In this document: piece by piece, positions 30,225-37,613 of the stretch
How the letters are laid out: every line of letters starts with the position of its first letter
Position numbering within the stretch: the first letter of the stretch is position 1
Program-made: the position numbers and the translations under genes
Assembly: GCA_017853245.1 (NCBI GenBank)
Contig: JAFMJY010000001.1
Coordinates: forward strand, 1,434 to 65,433
From: Burkholderiales bacterium
GTDB taxonomy: Bacteria > Pseudomonadota > Gammaproteobacteria > Burkholderiales > Usitatibacteraceae
DNA: 64,000 bases
Direction: 5' to 3'
The notes under the pieces: model-generated
What the model was told of the DNA's origin: nothing
The model's database searches: none
What the model saw: the letters and a program-made list of their open reading frames with translations, nothing else

Positions 30225-31238
30225 ATGGATTCCAGCGCCTCGCCACCGTATGCAGGCCTCACGCCGGAAGTGGTCCTGGGCGCCGTCGAGAGCCTCGGGC
30301 TGCTTGCCGACGGGCACCAATTCGCGCTGAACAGTTACGAGAACCGCGTCTACCAGGTCGGCCTCGAGGAGGGTGGCGGGGGCTCGCTGGGTGAGGCGCG
30401 GTTTCTCGTCGCCAAGTTCTATCGCCCCGATCGGTGGACGGATGACCAGATTCGCGAGGAGCATACGTTCTCCCGCGAGCTTGCTGAACGGGAGATACCC
30501 GTCGTGGCGCCTCTTGCGTTCGATAGCGAGACGCTGCACCGCCATGAGGGATTCCGGTTCACCCTGTTCCCGCGTCGCGGCGGCCGCGCGCCGGAGCTGG
30601 AGGACCCCGAGACGCTCGAGTGGCTCGGGCGGTTTCTCGGGCGCATCCACGCAGTGGGCGCTGTGCACCCGTTCCGGCACCGGCCATCGCTCGACATTGC
30701 GAGCTTCGGCGTCGAGTCACGGGATTTTCTGCTCGCGAATGATTTCCTGCCGCCGGACTTGCGCGATGCGTGGGCGGGTGCTGCCGAACTCGCCATCACG
30801 GGTGCCGAGGCCGCGTTCAAGTCTGCGGGGGGCGTCGCACGCATTCGCCTGCATGGCGACTGCCACGCGGGCAACGTGCTGTGGACGCCACAGGGCCCCC
30901 ACTTCGTCGACTTCGACGATGCCCGCAGCGGCCCCGCCATCCAGGACTTATGGATGCTCCTCTCGGGGGATCGCGCCTCGATGACCGCGCAACTGGGCCA
31001 CGTGCTGCGCGGGTATCGCGATTTCGCCGACTTCGACCCGAGGGAGCTGCGGCTAATCGAGGCGCTTCGTACGCTGCGGCTGCTGCATTACAGCGCGTGG
31101 ATCGCTCGCCGCTGGCAGGACCCGGCGTTCCCGCTGGCGTTCCCCTGGTTCAACACCCAGCGCTACTGGCAGGATCGGGTGCTGGAGTTGCGGGAGCAGG
31201 TGGCGGCGATGCAGGAGGAACCGTTGGGCATGCCCTAG
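30225..31238 (+). CDS. srkA: Stress-response Ser/Thr protein kinase SrkA (YihE/RdoA family)
   Basis: 337 aa. NSYENRVYQV, FLVAKFYRPDRW, catalytic loop LHGDCHAGNVLW, FVDFDD. GTAGAAT -10-like box at 30213-30219. Confidence 0.88.
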   Translation: MDSSASPPYAGLTPEVVLGAVESLGLLADGHQFALNSYENRVYQVGLEEGGGGSLGEARFLVAKFYRPDRWTDDQIREEHTFSRELAEREIPVVAPLAFDSETLHRHEGFRFTLFPRRGGRAPELEDPETLEWLGRFLGRIHAVGAVHPFRHRPSLDIASFGVESRDFLLANDFLPPDLRDAWAGAAELAITGAEAAFKSAGGVARIRLHGDCHAGNVLWTPQGPHFVDFDDARSGPAIQDLWMLLSGDRASMTAQLGHVLRGYRDFADFDPRELRLIEALRTLRLLHYSAWIARRWQDPAFPLAFPWFNTQRYWQDRVLELREQVAAMQEEPLGMP

Positions 31239-31371
31239 CCCCACCAAGTGCCGCGAGAGGCTTATCCAGCCGCCTTTAGCATGAGGTCCACGTGAACCGC
31301 GGCGAAAGGGAACGCGATTCGCCCAGACGTGGCGGCGGAATGAACGCACAAGGACGCGCTCGCCTGGCCGA

Positions 31372-34300
31372 CTACTCCACCTCCCGCCACCCCGGCACCA
31401 ACGGGAAAAAGAGCCCCAGACGGCGCCCGTCGCCCAGCACCCGGGCATAGCGACGAAGTTGCTCCGCGTAGCGCTCGCGCTCCCGGTCGAGGAAGGCCTC
31501 CTCCCCACCGCCCTCGTGGCGCCCGGTCTTGTAGTCGACCACCCACCGCTCGCCGGAATCGGTGGTGAAGACGCGGTCCATCACCGCCGTGCGCAGGCGC
31601 TTGCCGTCGATGTATTGAATGCGCAGCTCGTTCGACGCATGTGCGTGTGAGCCCAGGATCCAGCGGCCACGCGCATCGGAGAGCGCTCCCGCCAGCGAGT
31701 CGAGCACGGAAACAACTGCCGGAGAGCGCTCCACCTCCGGAACCCCGCGACGTTCGAGCTCCGCAGCAATCCGCGGCGCGAGCCCCCGCACGCGGGATTC
31801 GCTCCACGCCGAAAGCCCCTCCTCCGCCATGCGTTGCAACCAACGGTGCGCCACGACACCCACCAGGCGCGCGGACTCGGACGCCCAGCTGAATTCGACG
31901 GGTGCACGGATCGCCTCGACGTCCAAACGCCACGCCGCCGTCGGGGCCGATACGGTGACGCGGCGAACCCCCGGATTCAATCGTCGTAGCGGCGCAACCG
32001 GGCCGAGGCGGATGTTCGCGGCTGGCGACGACGCAGCGGCCGCAACCGGCCCCTTTGACCGCACCGGCGCATCCCGGAAAGCCGGCTCCGCCACCGTCCA
32101 CGCCTTGCCAAGCAGGCTGGTGGCAGAAGGACGCCGTGCGCAGGCATTGCCCGCCGACGGCTCCTCCACCCCGACACGCCCCAATAAATGGAGCCGATGC
32201 TTCGCGCGCGTGGCAGCCACGTAGAGCAGGCGCTCGGCCTCGTGTCCCTCGGCGCGCTGCTCCAGCTTCTTCAGGTAGTCCGTATACGGATCCGCAGCGT
32301 CGTCCGAGGCCTTCACCGGCGCGACCAACAGCTCGCCGCCGGCCCGCACCTTCCAGCGCAGCAGCGGCGCCTCATCCCCTCGGGGCCGGCGGTCGAGGCC
32401 CGGCACGATGACCACGTCGAACTGCAGGCCCTTCGCCTTGTGGATGGTCATCACCTGCAGCGCCTCGGGTGCGGAGAGGTCCGGCGCCCCATAGCGGCTC
32501 GCCAAGTGCTCCTCGAGTCGCGCGACATCGGGAAGATCGTCGCCCTCCGCAATGTCGTCGAGGCAATCGAAGAACGCCTCCGCATCCTCGCGATCCACGG
32601 CCGCGGGCAGGCAAGCCGGGCCACCGAGGGCAAGCCAAGCGTTTTCAATCGCCTCGCGCAACGATCCGCGCAAGCGATTGTCGACGGCTGAGAAGAGCAC
32701 TGGCGCGACGTCAGCGAGGGTCGCCTGACCGCCCGCCGTCAGGCGCGACACCCGGGCAGGGTCCGCGAGCAGCTCGATCACCGTGCGATCGTCGTCGTTC
32801 ACCAGCGCATGCAGGTCGGCGAGCGTGAGGCCGCTCCAGGGCGCCCTCAGCACAGCGAGCCACGAGAGGCGGTCCCCAAGATGCGAGAGCGCCCGGGTGA
32901 GTGCCACCAGGTCGATCACCGGCTGGCGCGTGGCGAGCGGTTCGATATCGAGGGCGCGGTACCGCAAGCCCGCCTCACGAAGCGCCGGCGCGATACGGTC
33001 CAGGTGAGAGCGATTGCGAACGAGCACCGCGACCTTCGCCCCCGGATCGCCCCCGTGCGCCGCGCGAATCAGCCGAACGACGGCGGCCGCCTCGTCGTGC
33101 CGGGCCCGATCGTCATCCGCGTCGACGAACGCGTGCCACTGCACAGCTTCGCCCGCAAGCGGCGGATGGTGCGCGGTCGAAGCCGCGAACGACACCGCCC
33201 CCTCGGTCGGGTTGTCCTTTGCCGGCAGGATGCTCGGGAAGGATTCGTTCACCCACGCAACCAACGCCTCCTGCGAACGAAAGTTGGTGGTGAGGCGTAC
33301 CGGCTCGAGACGCACGTTCGGCAGGCCGTCGTTCCATGCGCGCAGGAAGAGGCCCACCTCGGCTTCCCGGAACCGGTAGATCGACTGCATCGGGTCGCCT
33401 ACCGCGAACACGGTGCGCCCGTCGCCAGGCGCCCATCCGGCTGTCAGCAGCTCCAGTAGCCGCCACTGCCCGTGGGAAGTGTCCTGAAACTCGTCCACGA
33501 GAATGTGGGCGATGCGCGCATCCAGGCGAAGCAAGAGGTCCGAAGGCTCGTCGGTAGCGCCCAGGGCGTGGACTGCAGCCCCGGCAATCTCGGCGTGGTC
33601 GACCCTCCCGCGCTCCGCGAACACCAATCGTAATTGCGCCGCGGCAACGGGGAGCACGCGCGCTGCGGCCTCCATGGCCAGCCAGTGGTCGTCGGAAACA
33701 TCCCCCGGGGGCATGAGGAGGACGTCGCTCAGCGCCTCACGCAGACTGGGCACGCCGCTCAGATGCCCGATCAGCGACTCGAGCCGCTCCTTGGCGCCCT
33801 TGGTGCCGCCCTCCTTCACCTGCGGGAAGCCCTCGGCCTTGGTGATTCTCTCGCGCCACTTTTCGCCCGTCTTCACCAGAAGAAGGGTTGCGATGCCAAG
33901 CCACGCGGGCGCGGATGGCTCGTCGGCCGGCGGCAAGGCTCGCCTTCCCTCCGCAAGCAGGATTCGCGAGGCGATCCCCATTCGGCGAAGGTGGCCCGCT
34001 GCACTGTCGATGAGGGACAGGAGCTCCGGAACCTGGCCCGGCGGGAATAGCGACAGCGCTTGCCCGATCAACGCACGACGCTCCGACTGGTATGCCCGTT
34101 CAACCGAGAGGCGGTCGAGCTCCAGGCGTTGGTCTCGCCCGAGCCATTGGTCGCGTCGCGCAAGCATGCCGGCCAGCAGCTTGGCAGCGACGTGCTGATT
34201 GCCATCGAGGCGCACGAGCAGGCTTGCAATCGCTTCGTCATAGCGCTTGTCGGAATCGATCAAGGACAGCGTGCGCACTGCTGCCTCCTGGAAGAGCTCA

Positions 34301-34749
34301 CCCGCGTCGTCGACGAGGCCTGGCTGCCAGCCCAGGCGCGCCATCACCGGCAGCTGGCGCGTGAGCGACACGTTGAAGGAGTCGATGGTTCGCACGCGCA
34401 GCCTCGCGGTGTTTTCGCGAAGGCGCCAGCCGCACTCGGCGTCCCGCTTCAGCGCCTCGACGGCAAGCGCGTGCGTTCGGCGATCGTTTTCATCGGCATG
34501 GGCGTTCAAGGGCGCGCCGCCCGTGTCAAGCGCCTCGAGGACGCGGCGCTTCATCTCCGCGGCAGCCTTGCGGGTGAAGGTCATCGCGAGGATTTCCTCG
34601 GGCTCCGTCACCGTGGCGAGCAGGCGCAGATAGCGCTGGATGAGCAGCGCCGTCTTCCCGGCGCCCGCGGGCGCCTGGACGATGAAGGATCGGCCGGGGT
34701 CGAGGGCGCGTTCGCGCTCGGCGGCGTCGGCTGGGATACGCGCGGTCAC
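31372..34749 (-). CDS. UvrD/Rep-type helicase with C-terminal PD-(D/E)XK nuclease (AddA-like)
   Basis: 1125 aa. Walker A VQAPAGAGKTALL, helicase motif II VDEFQDTS, C-terminal RecB-type nuclease VVDYKTGRHEG. The GTG start overlaps the upstream stop (GTGA). Confidence 0.9.
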   Translation of the reverse strand: MTARIPADAAERERALDPGRSFIVQAPAGAGKTALLIQRYLRLLATVTEPEEILAMTFTRKAAAEMKRRVLEALDTGGAPLNAHADENDRRTHALAVEALKRDAECGWRLRENTARLRVRTIDSFNVSLTRQLPVMARLGWQPGLVDDAGELFQEAAVRTLSLIDSDKRYDEAIASLLVRLDGNQHVAAKLLAGMLARRDQWLGRDQRLELDRLSVERAYQSERRALIGQALSLFPPGQVPELLSLIDSAAGHLRRMGIASRILLAEGRRALPPADEPSAPAWLGIATLLLVKTGEKWRERITKAEGFPQVKEGGTKGAKERLESLIGHLSGVPSLREALSDVLLMPPGDVSDDHWLAMEAAARVLPVAAAQLRLVFAERGRVDHAEIAGAAVHALGATDEPSDLLLRLDARIAHILVDEFQDTSHGQWRLLELLTAGWAPGDGRTVFAVGDPMQSIYRFREAEVGLFLRAWNDGLPNVRLEPVRLTTNFRSQEALVAWVNESFPSILPAKDNPTEGAVSFAASTAHHPPLAGEAVQWHAFVDADDDRARHDEAAAVVRLIRAAHGGDPGAKVAVLVRNRSHLDRIAPALREAGLRYRALDIEPLATRQPVIDLVALTRALSHLGDRLSWLAVLRAPWSGLTLADLHALVNDDDRTVIELLADPARVSRLTAGGQATLADVAPVLFSAVDNRLRGSLREAIENAWLALGGPACLPAAVDREDAEAFFDCLDDIAEGDDLPDVARLEEHLASRYGAPDLSAPEALQVMTIHKAKGLQFDVVIVPGLDRRPRGDEAPLLRWKVRAGGELLVAPVKASDDAADPYTDYLKKLEQRAEGHEAERLLYVAATRAKHRLHLLGRVGVEEPSAGNACARRPSATSLLGKAWTVAEPAFRDAPVRSKGPVAAAASSPAANIRLGPVAPLRRLNPGVRRVTVSAPTAAWRLDVEAIRAPVEFSWASESARLVGVVAHRWLQRMAEEGLSAWSESRVRGLAPRIAAELERRGVPEVERSPAVVSVLDSLAGALSDARGRWILGSHAHASNELRIQYIDGKRLRTAVMDRVFTTDSGERWVVDYKTGRHEGGGEEAFLDRERERYAEQLRRYARVLGDGRRLGLFFPLVPGWREVE

Positions 34750-37538
34750 GAGGGCTCTCCCGTTGACGCCTCGGCCTCTTCGGACTCACCGTCGTCGTCG
34801 CTTCGATCCTCGTCTTCGAGCGCCACCCGCTCGCGCACGCGACAGATGGAGCCGACATCGCAGCGCTGACAGGTGGCGCCCTGGCGCTTGGGGTCCACGC
34901 GCGCATCGCCCTTGACAAACGCCACCGCCAGCGCATCGATCGCCTCACGCCAGCCTTGCAGCAATTGGTCCCACGAACCGTAATGCTTGCTCGCCGTCTG
35001 GTGGGACGACACGACGCCCACCTGGGGAATCCAGCCGGATTGACGGGAAAGGCCCTCGAAGCGTCGCTTGCCTGCCCTCAGGGTGGCAAACGCCACGGCG
35101 CCCACCGGCTCCTTCATCGAGTGGGCGTAGAGCGGCAGCTGCGGATCATCCGGCCGTTCGCCCAGCCAGCCGCCCACCGACGCGCGCCCGCTCTTGTAGT
35201 CGATGACTGCGAGAGTGCCATTGTCGAGGCGATCAACCCGGTCCACCTGGCCCCGGAGCGTGAGCGGCCCCGCCGCGAGTTCCATGCGCTCTTCCGTCTG
35301 TACCACGCTGAACGGTGTGCGGCCCTTCTCCGCCTGCAGCCATTCCAGCGCCACGCGAGCGAGCCGTTCGCGCTCGAGTTCTTCGAAGCGACCCTCCAAT
35401 CGGCCCGGCAATTCGGCTTTCAAGCGACGCACTGAACGCTGCGCCGCCTTGTCGACGATCGCCTTCAGCTCGTCGGGCGTCTTGCTCACGAGGCTCGCAT
35501 GATCGACGAGCGATTCCCACACGCTTGCGAATAGCGCATGCAGGAGGATGCCGCGCTCCGCAGCGCCCAAGCCCGGTTCGACGGATTCGATACCCTCGGC
35601 ACCCAGGCGATGGCGCGCGAAGGCGCGGAACGGGCACGCGGCCTGGTCGGCAAGGATGCGCGTGCCGCCTCGGGGTGACGAGTCTGTCAGCACGGGCCCC
35701 GATTCGTCCTCGAAATGCGTGAACGCGTCTAGGGCCTGGCCGGCTGCGAATAGCGCGTCGAAGCGGGTTGGCTGCGTGCCGACCATCAGCGAACCCGCGT
35801 CAGCGACATCGACTTCCGTCAGCAGCGGGCTCGCCGCCAATGCCCGATCCGCATCGGCGAGCGCGTGCGAGAACACCACCTCGCTGGCCGCTCGAGCCCA
35901 TCCGCGCGTGATACGACGGTCGAGCTCCAGCGACGCTTCGGCGCTTGCCTGCGGGACACCCGCTTCCTTCTGGGCAAGCACGGGCAGGAACGGATGCGGC
36001 CGCGGCGATTGCGGCCACGCATCATCCGTGAGCCCGCAGACCCACAGGGCGTCGAAATCGAGGCCCACGGACTCCAGCAGGCCCAGCACCTGCACCGGCG
36101 CCTCGCCCGCATCCGGCTGGAACAGCGTTTCCGCGCAAGCCTCACGCAGATGACGCCGTGCCGCCGCGCCCGTGATGCGCCCGCTGACCGCGCCCAAGGC
36201 CCCGAGGGCTGCCAGCGCTTCATTCCACTTGGCGAGCGTCTGGTGCTCCGCGGCGTTGCGTGGCCGCTCGCCAGGAAAGCCGAACGCGGCTAGCACCCGC
36301 GCATAGGCGCTTGCCCACTCGGACGGCTCGGCAGCTCGGGATGGCAGGGCGGTCTCCGAGACCATCCTGAAGACGTGTTCGAGCGCCGGGCATGACGGTG
36401 GCTTCCCGCGCCCCGGGGCTGCGCGAGAGACATCGGCTACGAGCCTTGCCAGCAAATGGAAATCCATCAACGGTGGAACGACGTCGCGCAGCGCAAGATC
36501 GAGGCCGGCGCGAGACCCTCGCTCTGCCTCACCGCCCGCGAGAAAAGGCGATCGCAGCAGGCGGCTTGCACGATCGAACGGGATGGCGCCCGACACGAGA
36601 TCGATCGCCGTGAGCGCGGCATCGACGAGCGGAAACTCCAGCAGCGGCCGGCCCAGCGAGAGATCGAACAGCCCCGCCTCACCGCCCGGCGCCAGGACGC
36701 GGGAAAACACGCGTCGCACAAGCTCACGCTGCTCGGCGAGCGCGGGAACGACCACCGCGATACGCGGCATGCGCTCGCCGCGCCAGGCCTCGAGGCGAGT
36801 GCGGGCCCAGCGGGCCGCGAGTTCCAGCTCCTCTCGCGGGGATGTCATCGCCACTCGCCGAGGCACAACAACCTGCGCGGGTGGGCCCACATGAGCCACC
36901 GACACACCCGCTTGCTCGCATGCCGCCAATACTTCCCGTTGGGCCGGTTTCAGCAAGTCAAAGGCGTAGGCAACGACAAGGCAGGGCTTCTGATGTCCCA
37001 CGCGCTCGAGCATCGTGGGGACTATCGTGGGCAAGCGCGCTTCGTCGATCCACCGACGTCGCGCCGACTCCGCCTCCCACGCGCGAGCCCAACGAGTGAA
37101 GGACTGCGTGTCCTCCGTGGCAAAGGCTTCACGACCAGACCCCACTGTCACGTGCCACTCCTGCGCCAGGCGCCACGCACTTTGCGCTTCGCGCGCCAGT
37201 ACGGATGCGCCCACCAGCGTGGCCTCCCCGCCGTCCCGCGAAACGATGTTCTCCCAGGCCAGGCGCTCCACGGCGCGGGGAAGCAATTCGGGTAACGGCT
37301 CACCACCCTCCGCGAAAGACGCCACCTCGTAAAAGCGAACCAGCCAGCTATCCCAGGGGAGCACGTCCGGGGCGGGCCAACTGCGATTGCCAGAGACGAT
37401 GTGCCGCTCGGCCACGACAAGCTCGAGCGCGCGCGCCAGGCGGCGATTGGGCGTGACGACAACGACGCCCTGCGGCGCGTCGACCAAGCGGTCGATCAGG
37501 GCCTGATGGTCAGTGGGGAGCGTCGGTACAGCGGGCAT
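34746..37538 (-). CDS. PD-(D/E)XK nuclease family protein, AddB-like (probable DNA repair protein, TIGR03623-like by recollection)
   Basis: 930 aa with no Walker A. C-terminal nuclease motif AVIDYKSGR. Four Cys are arranged as in the AddB Fe-S staple (AACPFRAF ... CQRCDVGSIC). Confidence 0.85.
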   Translation of the reverse strand: MPAVPTLPTDHQALIDRLVDAPQGVVVVTPNRRLARALELVVAERHIVSGNRSWPAPDVLPWDSWLVRFYEVASFAEGGEPLPELLPRAVERLAWENIVSRDGGEATLVGASVLAREAQSAWRLAQEWHVTVGSGREAFATEDTQSFTRWARAWEAESARRRWIDEARLPTIVPTMLERVGHQKPCLVVAYAFDLLKPAQREVLAACEQAGVSVAHVGPPAQVVVPRRVAMTSPREELELAARWARTRLEAWRGERMPRIAVVVPALAEQRELVRRVFSRVLAPGGEAGLFDLSLGRPLLEFPLVDAALTAIDLVSGAIPFDRASRLLRSPFLAGGEAERGSRAGLDLALRDVVPPLMDFHLLARLVADVSRAAPGRGKPPSCPALEHVFRMVSETALPSRAAEPSEWASAYARVLAAFGFPGERPRNAAEHQTLAKWNEALAALGALGAVSGRITGAAARRHLREACAETLFQPDAGEAPVQVLGLLESVGLDFDALWVCGLTDDAWPQSPRPHPFLPVLAQKEAGVPQASAEASLELDRRITRGWARAASEVVFSHALADADRALAASPLLTEVDVADAGSLMVGTQPTRFDALFAAGQALDAFTHFEDESGPVLTDSSPRGGTRILADQAACPFRAFARHRLGAEGIESVEPGLGAAERGILLHALFASVWESLVDHASLVSKTPDELKAIVDKAAQRSVRRLKAELPGRLEGRFEELERERLARVALEWLQAEKGRTPFSVVQTEERMELAAGPLTLRGQVDRVDRLDNGTLAVIDYKSGRASVGGWLGERPDDPQLPLYAHSMKEPVGAVAFATLRAGKRRFEGLSRQSGWIPQVGVVSSHQTASKHYGSWDQLLQGWREAIDALAVAFVKGDARVDPKRQGATCQRCDVGSICRVRERVALEDEDRSDDDGESEEAEASTGEPS

Positions 37539-37585
37539 GGCGGCATCTTAAGCCGCCACTGGCTCATCGCGAGAGCCGAGGCCCC

Positions 37586-37603
37586 CGGTTGACCGATACA
37601 GTA
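37586..37603 (-). promoter_or_regulatory. Possible degenerate LexA (SOS) box upstream of the AddB-like gene
   Basis: The minus strand reads TACTGTATCGGTCAACCG. The first half, TACTGTAT, is identical to the E. coli-type consensus. The second half is ACCG instead of ACAG. Confidence 0.2.
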
Positions 37604-37613
37604 GTCGAGCCCG

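Noticed and set aside
30114-30680. 188-aa minus ORF over the TacT remnant and the srkA 5' end
   Set aside because: It is antisense to srkA, which has clear kinase motifs. No motif was recognised.
31239-31371. 133-nt convergent gap between srkA and the AddA-like gene, checked for a tRNA, sRNA or terminator
   Set aside because: It has no tRNA-like T-arm (GTTCGAATC type) or cloverleaf. Only a modest nested stem (CCACGT…GGCGAA-N11-TTCGCC…ACGTGG) without a U-run.
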